Part shown: one piece after another, positions 26,040 to 40,279 of the stretch | Layout of the letters: each line of letters opens with the position of its first letter | How positions within the stretch are numbered: the first letter of the stretch is position 1 | DNA from: Paraspadella gotoi | Taxonomy: Eukaryota; Animalia; Chaetognatha | Assembly: GCA_051294375.1 (NCBI GenBank) | Contig: CM119266.1 | Location: 19,107,657-19,171,656, forward strand | Direction: 5' to 3' | DNA: 64,000 nt | Notes under the pieces: model-generated | Database searches by the model: none | What the model saw: only the letters and a program-made list of their open reading frames with translations | What the model was told of the DNA's origin: nothing | Translations under genes and position numbers: made by a program

Positions 26040-26299
26040 GGTTAGGCCTAAGGGTTAGGGAATAAGGGAAGGAATAGATTAATGATTTGGGTTAAGGATT
26101 AAGTTAGGTTAAGGATTAGGGTTAAGGATTAAGTTCATGATTAGGATTAGGATAAAACATTTTGGATTAAGGTTAGGGTTAAGAATTAGAGTTAAGGATT
26201 CTGTTATAAGTTTAATAACAAGTTAAGGTCAAATATTAAGGTTAAAATTAAGTTTAGCGATTAAGGAACAGAAATTGGGCGCTTTTAGAAGAGAGAGCC
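26040..26299. mobile_element. Telomere-repeat MITE, partial copy
   Basis: Degenerate TTAGGG array ending in the right TIR GGGCGCTTTTAGAAGAGAGAGCC. Confidence 0.7.
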
Positions 26300-26917
26300 A
26301 AATCGTCAGAGACAAAGAGAGAGAAAAAGGAGAGAATAATCGAAAGGAGACAACAAAAGAAAAAAAGAGAGAAGTGAAATAATTTTAAAAATGCCTAAAT
26401 GATTTAAAACTGATCAGTATTCGTGATTTATATCATGATTCTGTCTCGTTTCGCGCTAACTTCCCTGTATTTGGTACACGGCGTTTCTCTCAGTAATTTC
26501 CCTTCTACTTTTTCGCAATTTTCCTTCCCAAGTTTTTTTCTCTGGAGATTTTGTCGATAAGGCGGATGTCGGAAGACAGGGGGACCCGTATGTGGCTGCA
26601 GTAGAGGCGACAACCCGGATGTAATTATAAATGAATCGTTTATATTAAAGTCTAAAAATTATGTACGCGCATTGTACAAGAGATAAAAACAACGAATTAC
26701 TTGCATAATAGGCAATGAAATTTTTATTTTAACTAATATATTTTTAAATTTTTTAAAGACGTAAATTTTTCAGAAAAAAAAAAGATCAACTACCTTTTTT
26801 CAACTAATTCTTTTATCGCCAATAATATTGGGGAAATATCCTCGCCTCGCGACGAAGCAAAATGCAAAAACGCGGGACAGATATTAAGATCTATTTTCGT
26901 ATGTATCACGCTTATCA

Positions 26918-26968
<51 letters not shown>

Positions 26969-27720
26969 GCCCCGCAGTTTCCCTCGCGCAATAATACGGT
27001 TATTGCTCCACCAAATGTCGTTCGCTCTTTTTAAAGCTTATTTCCGCGTGGTGGATTGGGGGGGGCGGCGGGGTGGTTGCGGGGGGTGGTTGAGTCCTGA
27101 AAAGGAAAAAGGGGGTTTATAACAAGAGAAGCTGCGTCTCAGAAGGAATTCATTTCAAAAGAGAGAAAACGATAAAGGAAGTTTAGACTTGAGAGGGCGC
27201 CGTGTCGTTCCCAAAATTTTAAAAAGGTGAGTTCGACTTCCTCCTGGGTGAATGAGGTTTTTTTTTCATCCGTTTTTTTTTCAAAGCCGCTAATTGGCTT
27301 CTGTCTTCTCTCTTCTGTCTTTTCAAAGCCGCCAATTGGCTTCTGTCTTCTTCAAGAAGAAAAGATTTTCATTGAACCAAAAAAAAACTTTTTTTCAATA
27401 TTTTTGTCTTTCCATTTTTTTTTGCATTGTAAATATAGTTAAAAATGTAAAAAGATATTGTACATTGTACATACATGATCTCAGCCTTTGGAACCAAATG
27501 AGTTAATAATAGCATGTAGTGTAGTGTAAAGTATCATTAATAATATAAGAGCTAAAAAGTCACTTTTCGTGACATTAGTTCCTCCCAAACTTCCTCCCTT
27601 TCTCCGGCTCGACCAAAACTCCTCAGTCCACCCGCCCTCCATTTTGAAAGTGGTTAATGGGTATCGGATCTTCGTTGTCGTTAGACCCATGATTAAATGA
27701 TGTCGCCCTTAATACAGTTT

Positions 27721-27760
<40 letters not shown>

Positions 27761-28104
27761 TACAGTTTAGTCTCTCGCTAATTCGCTTTGTCTCCGAAGC
27801 GATTCACTTTACCTTAATGATCTCGATGTGTTTTTATGCGGAGAAGCGACGAATCGTCATTAGTGTCATCGTGGCCGCAGCCGCAGCCGCAGCCGCCGCC
27901 GCCGCCGCCGCCGCCGCTGCCTCCCTCGTCGTTTACTTTCTGAGGTTTTTATTTTTGTTCGGGTTATTTAGCGTTAATTGCCTCGACTTTCAAAGCTTAA
28001 TTGGATTGTAATTACAATATACATTTTTATTCCATCCTTCTCTTTACCTTTACACTACACAAAAAGTATTCAGCATCTCTTCTCTCTCTTCTACTCTTCT
28101 TATC

Positions 28105-28196
<92 letters not shown>

Positions 28197-28360
28197 TTCT
28201 TAATACTTTTAAGTCTTAGAATCAACATCCTCTCGTATCCCTTCCCAGATTTTTCCACTTTCTTCTTCTTCTTCCCATTCTCTCAGAGAGAGAGACCTCC
28301 CCCTCATCTTCTCTCTCTCTCCCTTTTTCCTCCCCTTTCTCTCTCTCTCTCTCTCTCTTT

Positions 28361-28391
<31 letters not shown>

Positions 28392-28569
28392 CCTCCCCCC
28401 TCTCCCTCTCTCTCTCCGATCACCTGCCCGCCCGCGGAACTGGTTGATTGAAGGTTGGAGAGCAAATGACGTCATTAGCGGTCGAGTTTCGCTTCTCATT
28501 GACGGTGGATTTGAACAACGAGTCGCTAACGATTCCGGGCATCAAAAACGCATCCAATCATCAACAGGG

Positions 28570-29000
28570 AAGAAGACGATGTAGACGACGATGAAGACGA
28601 CGATGAAGACGACGATGGAGACGACAAAACACCACCGAGTCGATAATGATGATGATGATGATGATGCTGATGATGATGTTGATGATGATGATGAGGGAGA
28701 CGACGAACACAACCGAGTCGATAATGATGATGATGATGAAATGATGATGATGATGAATGATGATGATGATGATGATGATGATGGAGACGAGGAACACCAC
28801 CGAGTCGATAATGATGATGCTGATGACGATGATGATGATGATGATCATGATGATGATGATGATGGAGACGACGAACTCCCCGAGTCGATAATGATGCTGA
28901 TGATGATGATGATGATGGAGATGATGATGGGACGACGAACTCCCCGAGATCGATAATGATGCTGATGATGATGATAATGATGACGATGATGACGAAGATG
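28570..29000. repeat. Compound minisatellite: (GAT)n runs punctuated by GGAGACGACGAACWCCMCCGAGTCGATAA, about 5 units
   Basis: Directly visible. It produces spurious poly-D, poly-H and poly-I ORFs. Confidence 0.9.
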
Positions 29001-29058
29001 ACATTAAAGCTGACATGAAAGACTAGTATGTACAAATTGTACATTATATAATTAATAA

Positions 29059-29654
29059 GGCGTAGTAAATTCTAAATTTAACTTTAATTAAAATTCTAAA
29101 AGTGAGGAACGAGCAACATTATACTAAAAACATTTATGTAATAAAAAATTATAATAAATTTTTACAATTTACGCAGTAGGCCATATTTATACTAGTACTA
29201 ATCCAATAAATGTTAAAATTTCAAAACAGTTTTTTTCTAAGATTTTTTGGCAGATTTGGATTCGTCATAAAAAGTTAATAGAAAGAAATATAACTCTTTT
29301 TAAAAAATTCCTTCATTAAGTGGGTCAAAAATTAAAAAAGCTATATTTTAAGCTGAAAATTAACTTTTATATATCAAAATATAGTTTTAAATTTTTAACC
29401 CACTTAATGAAAGAATTTTCAAAAATGATTATATTTCTTATATCACTTTTGACGAGGAATTCAAATCTGCAATCAAAAATTAAGAAAAGCCTATGTTGAA
29501 ATTTTCAATTTTATAGGATAGTACTATATTATAAATATAGCCTAATGCGAAAATTGAAGAACATAAATAATTTTTTTTACACAATTAATTATTACTTGAT
29601 GGTATGTTGTTCATAATTGAAATTAGAATTTTTGTATGTAACTTTCACTACGCC
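29059..29654. mobile_element. Foldback/MITE of about 600 bp, imperfectly palindromic along most of its length
   Basis: Ends GGCGTAGT...ACTACGCC flanked by ATAA/TTAA. Inner arms such as CATTAAGTGGGT/ACCCACTTAATG and GCAGATTTG/CAAATCTGC mirror about position 29360. Confidence 0.8.
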
Positions 29655-29879
29655 TTAATAATTAATATACATACCTATCACTGAAATCGATCGATCAATC
29701 AATCAATGAATCAAAATCAATCAATCGCTGAGATTAAAATCGATAGGAAAAACTAAGAGACACAAAGAAGAAAAGAGAAAATGAATCTTTGCTTCGCGAG
29801 AATCGAATCGATTTGTTCGCTTTAACCTTTGGATGCTTTTCAAATTGGTACAAACAATATAAAGATTATCTATTAATTT

Positions 29880-30055
29880 AATAAATAAGCTATCTTGCCC
29901 CCTCACTTTGTACGGGCTATGGTGGGTTATGGCCTCCATAGGCCTCCTAAGATAGCAAGACCCTAGCAAGACATATTCATTAACTCCCAGTGTACCTGGC
30001 TTCCCTATCAATGAAGTATGTTAGAGTGTTAGTTTGTTTCAATTGTATTAAAGAT
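29880..30055 (-). mobile_element. Retroelement-tail repeat, copy 3
   Basis: ATCTTGCCC...GGTGGGTT..GGCCTCCAT...ACTCCCAG.GTACCTGGCTTCCCTATCAATGA shared with 32340 and 61680. Confidence 0.7.
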
Positions 30056-30224
30056 CGGGGAATACCTTATTGTACTCCGCACTAGCATCAAAATACAAGG
30101 AGCTGACTGTTGTGTTATATTATCGAAAAAAGTAGAGCAAAAACGATTAATGTATTAAAATTATTAAAATACGTGGGTGAAAAGAAAAAGAAAAAAACTA
30201 ATAAGGTAAAGAGAGAAGGGTGAT

Positions 30225-30560
30225 GGAGATGAAGATTAAGATTAAGATTAAGATTAAGATTAAGATGAAGACGAAGATTAAGATTAAGATTGAAATGAAG
30301 ATGAAGATTAATAAGAAGATTAAGAAGAAGATGAAAATGAAGATGAAGATTAAGAAGAAGATGAAAATGAAGATTAAGATGAAGATAAAGAAGAAGATGA
30401 AAATGAAGATTAAGATGAAGATGAAGATTAAGAAAAAAAAGAAGATGATAAAGATTAAGAAGAAGAAGATGAAGATTAAGATTAAGAAGAAGAAGTAGAT
30501 GAAAAAGAAGAAGAAAATAAAGAAGAAGAAGAAGAAGAGACGGAGAAGAAGAAGATAGAA
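30225..30560. repeat. Degenerate (AAGATT/AAGATG/AAG)n simple repeat
   Basis: Directly visible; explains the KIKMK ORF. Confidence 0.9.
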
Positions 30561-31885
30561 GAAGAAAGAAAAAGAAAGAAGAAAGAAGACAGATCGTCGT
30601 CTTAAGGTGAAAGAAGAGAAGAAAAAAAAGGGAAAGGAAGGGAAGAGGCGATGACGTGTCCTTTTACTGTCGTCGGACTAAAAGCTCATATGAAGATAAT
30701 TCGATTTCCTGCAGATGGAAGGAATTGCGAGAAGGAGAGACTCTGGCCGGGAAAGGGTGAAGGGGGGGGGAAGTGGGACGATGGCAGCGGCTGATGGCAG
30801 CTGCGGCCGGCGCGGCAGCTGCGGGCGACGTCCCGAGTGAATGAGGGAAACCGGGAAAAGAAAGTCGCGTCTTATTTGAAAAGCAAAACTGATGACGCGA
30901 TTCCGGGACCGAGGGGAAGAATTGGGGAGTGATCGGGGGCATGGGGTGTGGGGAGGGGTGATCGGGGGCATGGGGAGGACTGGGGAGTGGGGAAGGGTGA
31001 TTTTAGTTAGAGGGGTGATCGGAAGAGTGAAGGTGATACAGGGAATAGCGTATTTAAGCGACATTGTTAAGTGAGTTGATATTGAAAACATTGAACTAGG
31101 CTTACACTTTATTGAACAACTAAAACCAATCCTTCCTTCTGGAATTTTATCAAAAAACCGCCACCCATTTTCCCCTATATTTTTTTTTTATCCTAACTCG
31201 GATTATGTCGCGCGGATTTTCTTTCGCTCCGAAGAAGGAAAAAACAAACATGGCCTCCGCCTCGAATCCGTCGAGAACGAGGCGTGGTTGCAGCGGCCGC
31301 AGAGCTGCAGCAGAGGCAGCGACAGCAGCGACGAATACCGACCAGCGAAAAAAAAAGGGAAACGCTAAAATTGAATTTAGCCAATCTTTAAATCTCCTTA
31401 GCGTAATCGACGACACACACTGAGAGCGCGGGAAGTTAATTTCGTTAAAACGAAAACGATGCCAGAGAGAGAGAGAGAGGAAGAAGACGAAGACAGAACC
31501 AGAAACAAGGTTGTCAACAAACGACAAAATTTGATGGTCCGAAGAAAAGTAGGACTTAGTTTAAACTCAACATTTAAATATAAGAAAATATATGAAAATA
31601 AGATTTTAATAATATGCCCGCTTATTTCATTTCTGGTTAATAACCAACGACTATGTACAATTTGTACATTCGTCCAAATAATGTTTTCTTTAAATTTTTT
31701 TATTTTACGTATACATCTTCCATTCAATTTTACATTTTCCATCTTTCGCTTGAATCTCCCTTATTTTTCAGTTTTCTCCTTTTTCCTTCCGTCTTCCTTC
31801 CTCAGTTCGGGTGACCCATGACTTTTCCACCAAGATTAAGACACATGTGAGGTTATTGGTTGCTATTCATCTTAAGGCTTCTGAG

Positions 31886-32026
<141 letters not shown>

Positions 32027-32339
32027 GAAATGGTTGAGTCTTTCTGAGTGGAAACGGAAATGACAAAAACGTAGAATGTTGGTTTAAGACGTCGATTATT
32101 GGTTTTTTTTAGAAATGAAACCAAAATGAAAAAAGAAAAAATCTCCATTTCCGACTTGAGAAGAAAATAAAAAGAATAAGGAAATTACGAAATTCTTTTT
32201 CATCTCGTCAAGAGACAAACTCACTCGACTTTCTTCACATCACAGTTCCTTTCTATGCTTTACCCCTTTCCCGTTTTAAATATTGTATGAAATTGTATTG
32301 TATTTTATTGGTATTGTATGAAATTATCCATTCATTTGA

Positions 32340-32555
32340 TAAATAATCTATCTTGCCCCTGACTTAGGACAGGCTTTGGTGGTTTAAGGCCTCCATCACT
32401 CTTACAAGATAATGACATAGCAGGTCCCTGCAAGCTTTCAATCAAGACTCTCTCACAGTCAAGTTTATTCACTCCCAGAGTACCTGGCTTCCCTATCAAT
32501 GAGGTGGTATAATGTTTCAAAGAATGTTTCAATTGTATAAAAAGACCACTCCCTT
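32340..32555 (-). mobile_element. Retroelement-tail repeat, copy 4 (most complete)
   Basis: Aligns by eye with the other four copies along its length. Confidence 0.75.
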
Positions 32556-32669
32556 AAATATTCTTTTTTATTCATTTATATTCATTTTTAAATATAGACA
32601 TATATCATACCCCCCCACACACCATGACTGGACCTCCCCCTCGTTCATCCAAATTTTTCTCACCTTTAG

Positions 32670-33014
32670 GGCCTTTTTTTCCCAGAACGCTCCATTTCAT
32701 TTTAAATTAGGAATTGAATTAATTTTATTTTAAAAATTAGGTTAATGATTAGGGATTTGGATAAGGAAAATGGTTAGGGAATAAGGTTCAGGACTAGGGA
32801 TTAAGGTTAGGTATTAAGGTTAAAGATTAAAGATTACGGATTAGGTTAAAGCATAAGGTTAGTGATTATAATTAAGAATTAGTTTATAATTTTGGTAATA
32901 TATTAAGATTGAATTTAGGGTTAAAACTAAGTTCAGCAATTAAGGATCAGCAATGTGGCGCTTTTGTAAAAGAGAGCCACGTTTTGAAATGGGGAGTTTT
33001 TGGAAAAGAGAGCC
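32670..33014. mobile_element. Telomere-repeat MITE with a duplicated right TIR
   Basis: GGCCTTTTTTTCCCAGAACGCTCC, then a TTAGGG-like array, then GGCGCTTTTGTAAAAGAGAGCC (to 32978), then a second TTTTTGGAAAAGAGAGCC. Confidence 0.7.
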
Positions 33015-34146
33015 ACTTTTTGGTCTTCCACCCAGATTATCCTTTTGTTCATCGTCAAATTTAAAATTTTAATTCGCATAAAAAAGTTGAACGAGATTTC
33101 ATTTCCTTTCTTAATCTCAAGAGTGAAACGAAGAACCCATTAACTCCGGGGAAAATTCATCGGTTCTCGCCGAGTATAATTAATTGGCATAATGAGTTAT
33201 CAAAAATATAGCTATTTCTTTTTTTTTTGCCGCGAATATACATATATCCTAATTAAAAAAAAATTAATTTAATCCTATGACTATAAAGTAGAATCCTCAC
33301 ATTTAATCTCTACTAAATGACATTCGGTTGCAATAAAAAAAAGAAGTAATCTTGTAGATTTTATTTGTGGAATCAAGAGGAAGCCAAAGTTATTCCAGTG
33401 ACGTAACGACTTTCATTCTCTCTTTCTCTCCCTTCCGCTCTTCCTTCTCCTACTCATTCATTAGGGGCTTTTCCTCCTCCCCGTTTCCCCTCTCTTTCCA
33501 TTGTCGACAATGGAGTAAATGAGGCGAGAAGCGATGGCATTTTCGGAACCGCATTATCAATTCGCCAAGATGAGACTTTGCAAGCCCAATTTCGCCTTTT
33601 GTTTTTCCTTTATAAACTCGAAGTAGTTTGTATGATAGTTTTGTATTTATACAATAATTGTCACGGATAACATATACATATCGCGTACAAAGATATCATT
33701 ATAAATTTATCTTTCTGTTGGTCCGTTTTTCGATTACAAAATATAATTTGAAAAAGTCTAAACTTTTTGGACATTATAAATTCTCTGAAAAAAGTCAATA
33801 ACCATTTTTCAAACGATGTACGGTACACTCTGCTGTTTTTCATGCATTCGTCGTCGTCGTCGTCTTCGTCGTCGTCGTCGTCGTCTTCGTCGTCCTCACC
33901 GACGGCGCCGAAAATTCAATCAAAATGAATTGCAATTGTATGGGGAGAGGGAGATATCGAATCAAGAAGGCGGCAGCATCCGCGTCAGCCGCGGCGGCTG
34001 AAGCGAGAAATGGGCGCGAAAGCGGAAGAAGCGACGAGTGCAGCTGCAGGTGGAGCGACATCTTCAAACGCCGTGACGTCAAAGTGTCATGTTTGAGTGG
34101 CGCTCATGAAGACGAATGAGAGCCGGTTTTGGAAGCAACGAAATGG

Positions 34147-34226
<80 letters not shown>

Positions 34227-34816
34227 AATAGTAGAAGAGAGAGATAGAAAGAAGAGAGTAGAGAGAGAAGAGAGGAAGATAGAAGAAGAGAGAGAGGAGA
34301 GAGAGAGAGAGAGAGAGATGAGAAGAAGAGAGAGAGAGAAAGAGAGAGAGAAGAAAGGAGAGAAGAGAGAGATGAGAGAAGAGTAGAAGAAAGAGAGAAG
34401 AGAAGAGAAAAACGTATAGAAAGGCGGATGTGACGTTGAGTAGAGAGAAAGAGAGAGAGAAGAAGAGAGAGAGATAGAGTAAGAAGAGAGGGAGAGAGAG
34501 AGAGATGAGAGAGAGAGAGAGGAGAGGAGAGTGAGAGAGAGAGACTGTTTCGGCGCCGAGGAACTACCGGGTCCACGAGGTGACGGAACTGACGTTGTTA
34601 AGCGTCAACTTCCGCTGGTTTTTACGATGAGGGTCACGTGACTTAGTGAGGGTCACGTCGGTTCAGCGGAAAAGGGTTAGACTGGAATAAAGAGAAAAAA
34701 AAGTAAAGAAAAATAAGAAAGAGGGCAAAGGAAAAGTGGAAAAAGGCAAAGGAAAGTAAGGAAAGTATTTGCGTCTGTTAAAAGAATGAACTAATATGCA
34801 AAGAAAGAAATGATGT

Positions 34817-34867
<51 letters not shown>

Positions 34868-35257
34868 ACGTCAACGCTTCTTTCTTTGTTTCCTCTCTCT
34901 CTCTCTCTCTCTAGAATTTTTCTTTTTTAATTTACCATTTCCTCGTTTATTTATTCAATGAATTTTTAATCTTTTGTTATGTTTGTTTGTTTTTTTATTT
35001 TCTACATATTTGTATGTACATAATATTCATGTACGGCTCTCTTACGATCCCGTGATTGTAAATGTGTTTTATTGACATAATGAGCAGAATAAATCAAATC
35101 AAAATCAAAAATTCTCTCTCTCTCTCTCTCTCTTGATAATACATTTTTCATATCCGGTTTCTGCTCGCGACTTGCATCAATTTTGTATCGTTTTTATTTC
35201 CTTTTTTTTCGTTTTTTTTTTCTTAATCGGCCGACTTTGCCTCCAGGAAATGAAACA

Positions 35258-35307
<50 letters not shown>

Positions 35308-35821
35308 CGAAAATACCATCTCGTCGCGTCGATGGAATAAAAAACCGGAACTCATTGGGGAGGAGCTGTGGTCGGCGAAAAGAATAAGGAAAGGACAAGC
35401 TGTGAAGTTGTCTTAACTTATCTTATTCTCATCTTCTTTTCTTTCGTTTCTTTTTTTTCTTTTCTTTTCTTTTCTTTTCTTTTCTTTTCTTTTCTTTTCT
35501 TTTCTTTTCTTTTCTTTTCTTTTCTTTTCTTTTCTTTTCTTTTCTTTTCTTTTTTTTTCTTTTTTTTTCTTTCATTTCTTTTCTTTTCTTTTTCTTTCAT
35601 TTCTTTTCTTTTCTTTTCATTTCTTTTCTTCTTCTCTTCTCTTCTCAGTCGTCCTTTGACCCCATTAATTTCTGATTATTTACATTTAAAGTTTCGTAAA
35701 ATTCAATTTTCGTTCCTTTTTATTATTTTTATTTTCAGGAGAGAAATTCATCCCTTCATTCATCATCGGTTATTGGCTTTTGTTCGGGACGTATTTTAGT
35801 GCCTCAATAACGTCTATTTTG

Positions 35822-35900
<79 letters not shown>

Positions 35901-35919
35901 TCTCTTTTCTTTTCCTCAC

Positions 35920-36482
35920 CTCCGGGACGTCGACATTTTCCGCGTGTCGTTTGGCGCTGCCGCTGCCGCTGCGCTGCCGCTGGCGCCCCCGCGCCGCGCG
36001 CTGCCGCCGCCGCTGCCGCCGTCGTCGTCTCCTCCTTGATGATCACGATTGGCGCCAACGAGGTCAGCGTCGAAGACCCCATCCGCGTTGTTGACGATGA
36101 CGCTGCTGCCGCTGACGGACTCACCGCCGCCGCTGCTGCTCCGTTCGACTTTTGTTGACGCGGCTTCCGGTTTCAAACTCTGTGGTCGGCAGAAACGAAA
36201 TCAAAATTAATGGCGACATTTTTTTTAATATTTTTTTTTTCACCATTTTTTTTTTATTATGACAATTTGTTTTGCATTCGTCCCATGTTTTTTTTTTTGT
36301 CTATTTTTTTTCTTTTACTTTTGTATTTTTGTTTTTAAATTCTCTCATTTAAAAAAATATTGGTTTTTTTTAAATCTTCTGAATCCTTCTTTAGAACTTT
36401 AGAATTTTTAAAGATTCTTCGTATGTTTGTTTTTCCTCGTAAACTTTCCACTCGGCCTCGCTTCTTTTTCTTGTTTTTTCAT

Positions 36483-36517
<35 letters not shown>

Positions 36518-37211
36518 TTTTCTCCACCTTCCTCCCTGACCTCCAGCACATCTTCGGTCGTCTCCTTCCAATAATTTGCGACCCGCTTGTTCATGAGGTC
36601 CCACTTCTCCGTCAACACCCTCTCCATCGAATTGCTTATGTCGATCTTGAGCTGACGCAGTTGTGAAAGACGCTCCGCGCGAGACTCTTCCAGTTTCTGG
36701 TGATAAAAACGAGAGAAGTGACGCTGACAATATAGTATTTGAGTATTGTAATTGTTTAAAAACGTCTGCTGCAAACAAGTTTCAAAACATCGAATCTGAC
36801 AAAGGTATTTGCGAGTCCTTGGCCAGTAAGGGAGATCTGTAAGTAAGGGGGCCCCAAGACTTCTGAGAGTTTTCAAAAATTCATGTTTCGATTTACACGA
36901 AACTTAAAACTAAACTAATCCCTATGAATACATATTTGGCTGAAAATTGATGTACACATATCGACAATACACCTGAAATTATCCACACACAAAAAAAAAA
37001 AAACTAGAAGAAAATAGAAAACGAATTGAAACAAAACGAAAACCTTAAGCAGATTTTCCTCCGTCGCCTGAATTTTTTTCTCCAGTTTACGACGCAATTC
37101 CTTCTTTTCTTGATGTAATTCCTTAATGAGGGAAGGAGGTGGTTTTGTCTGTTTTTAATTGCACGTCTTTCTCCTCCTCTCTCTCTCCTTCTCTCTCTCT
37201 CTCTCTCCTTC

Positions 37212-37248
<37 letters not shown>

Positions 37249-37739
37249 CTCTCTCCATTCTCCCCACCTCTCTCTGCTCCCGCCCATCCGCCCTAACGCG
37301 TCGAGCACTGCGTCCATTTTGTCGACGAGTAGACACGAGCGGCGCTGTTCAATTGTCTGTAACTCCTTTCGCCGCCGCTAGAGGCGCCCTCGTCTCGCGT
37401 TCGTCGACGGCGGCGGCGGTGCTCGGCTGCCACCAACGCGGTTTCCTCAGACGGCGGGAGGAGCGGCGAGATGTCGCTGTCTGCGGAAATCTGAAAATGG
37501 ATATTTTATTTTTTTATTCATTTCTTTATTTACATTTTACAAAGAATTTTATTGAATTCCAAGCGCTGATGAAGACTCGAATTTCGAGTCGAAACATGTC
37601 TGCCTATGTAAAATAAAATCGTTGTTCACAAATTCAATAAAATTCTTTGTAATCTCTAAAAACAACGAAAAGAAATTATTAAACCATGAATTATTTACAT
37701 TAAAATGAAAGTGGAACTTATCGGACGTCAGAAGCAAAT

Positions 37740-37780
<41 letters not shown>

Positions 37781-39443
37781 TGAGAGTCGCTTGCAAAAAG
37801 TCAGATGCCATTAGCATATTTTTCAAATCGAGATAAGAATCTATATTGTCGTAACTGTTCTCGCCATCCTTGCATCTAAATATTTCACTCCGAGTCAAAA
37901 GAAGATTAAGGAACTCGAAAGTCGAAACTATTAGTCTAGAATATTAAGTATATATATTCAGTTGTTATATTATTAGAAATATGACATTTGCATACAATTT
38001 ACATTTCTAGTCTAAAACTTCTCCATTTAGTCCGCGAAATTAAATCTGTCGACTCCAGTTCTTCGTTTTTACTCTAATTGTCGGCTGTAAAATATCTTTT
38101 TTTCGCCCAACGCGCGAAAAAAAATATTAAATGTTTTTTACAAATTAAATGTTAACGATCCTCGTTTGAAAATTAAAACGACTCGGAGGGGAAAGGCGGT
38201 GAGAGGCTGAAGTCAACGAGTTGGTCTTTTCGTGAACCTTTCAGTCCGCAAAGCTCAACGGCGCGCGTTATGTAACATCTTTTTCGAGATTCAAATCAGT
38301 TCAGAACCGCTCACGACTTCATCCGATGGTCAGTGAGACAAACTCGTAACTCAGACCCGACCCCTTAGCTCTTGGCCACGACCCCGTGAGCTTAAAATCT
38401 TTCAAATTCTCGAACGAATGAAACTCGACCGCACCCCCTAGATCGACCCCTTCCTTTTAATCCGACGCTCGCTGTGAATGTAGTACGAAGCGTCGTAGCT
38501 CCCGATGAGAGCGATAACGAGGAGCGAATTAGATTCGTTATCGATCACGGGGCGAGTATATCACTGACTCCGCCCTCTCTCCCCCGCGGCGGAATCCATT
38601 ACCATCGTGAGCCGGCGAATGGACGCGGGCGACGGTCACGGACGGGCGGACGGGCGGACGGGCGGACGGGCGGACGGACGGGCGGACGGGCGGACGGGCG
38701 GGCGGGCGGGCGGGCAGGAGGAAAGGGCGGTCACGGATTTAATGGAAATTCTCTCTTTGAATAATAAAAAAAAAATGTCGTTAGTCGATGTCGCTCGATT
38801 TCTGCAAGATAACGAACGCCTGTTCTTTCGATAAGTTAATTGGTTTGGATTAGATAATACATATTACATACGTATTATATACATAATTAGACATTAATTA
38901 TATATTAATTATACATAATACACGCCTACATAATTACCTCAACTCAGCGGGAGAACGTGAGTCGTGACGTAAAAACGAGTCGACGTCGTCAGTCATCGTC
39001 GTCATCGAGATAAATTAAGTTTTAAAATAGAATGAGGCATTTTATTATTTATTTCTCTTTGCCCCGTAGCCCCGGCTCGATTCACTTGCCATCCACCCCA
39101 CGGGCCACCCCCCCCCCTCCCCATATTAGTGAGACTAAAAATACCTGATTTTGCTTTCACGTTTTTCTCGTTTGATTCGAATTTTCGAGAATTCGTCTTC
39201 GATTTCGTCGTCGTCGTCGTCGTCGTCGTCGATTTTTCCGTTAAAAGATTCGAGGTCGTCTCTATAAAAATAAAAATAAATTCACACGTTCGGCCTTTAC
39301 GAAACGGCGAAGAATAGGATAGAATATGATATATAATATTGCTCACCTGCGTCGACCGTTGTCCTTTTGTTCGAAATCGACGTCGCCAACTGAAGAATCG
39401 AAATCGGTCTCAGCGCCTCTAGCGCCGCATTTTGTCTCTAAGG
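35920..39443 (-). CDS. Partial spliced gene for an unrecognised coiled-coil protein
   Basis: Phase-0 chain 37044-37121 (ELHQEKKELRRKLEKKIQATEENLLK), 36541-36696 (KLEESRAERLSQLRQLKIDISNSMERVLTEKW...) and 35920-36179, all with canonical GT-AG. Candidate upstream exons at ~37268-37490 and 39347-39443 do not join unambiguously. Start and final exon not found. Confidence 0.6.
37563..37603 (+). ncRNA. Minimal type I hammerhead ribozyme motif (Penelope-like)
   Basis: GCG-CUGAUGA-A-GACUCGA(AUU)UCGAGUC-GAAA-CAUGUC-UGC followed by AATAAAATCGTTG. Confidence 0.85.
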
Positions 39444-40279
39444 CTGTGGGGGGAAAAAAAATACAAATTTAAGTTATATTTCATATTTACAAACGGTCTC
39501 TTTTGAATAAATAAATTAATATCATTGATTGAGCGAGTTCATTTTTGTTTTCTGTTGCTTGAAATACATACATCTTCAGTAATTCAAAAATATCACTTAC
39601 TGTAAGTCACCGAGTAGAGTGATAAAAATTCTATTTAAGTAATTTCATTCGAGATGAAGTTAGTAAAATTGCTTGCTTTCTCTTCTCAAAGCCCCCTTGA
39701 TTCTTGCCACCCACCTCCGTCTAAAATTCGAGCCTTCCCTGATGTTGATTTTAGTGGAGAGAAGGTAAGCTTACTCGCTCATTCTGAACTTTACACAATA
39801 GTCGCCTTTGATGAGGCGCACATTCACCTCCCATACGAAGATTGAATTTTTCCGCTCAATAAAAAAAGTAGAGTTAATGAATTCAATAAAGAGTTCTCAC
39901 GTTCTCTCTCTCTCTCCTCTTTCTCTTTTTATCTTTTTTTCACTATCACTATCACTTTCTTACTTTTCATCTTCTTTTTCTTTTTCTTTTTNNNNNNNNN
40001 NTTGTTTTGCTCGTCATCGACGTCGTTGTCCCCGTCGGTCGTCGTCGTTCAAATCGTCTTCGGCGGCGAAAAAGTATTAGGCGATAAGTACAGAAGGGTT
40101 TATATAATGTAAATACTATTTATGCGTACTTGTCGCCGTGTGACCAATGAATTAAAATATTGCTCCTTCCATTTAAGTAAGTAGACAGAGATTTCAACAT
40201 GAAACCGATAGTAATTGATTTAAAAATATTAACGGCAATAAGGCGTCGTTGTTGGCAAAGGAGCATCTGACGACGGACG

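Noticed and set aside
28526-29044. Poly-His and poly-Asp ORFs suggesting a metal-binding protein
   Set aside because: Several frames on both strands are open because of (GAT)n, and there is no exon context, unlike the His tract at 54355-54615.
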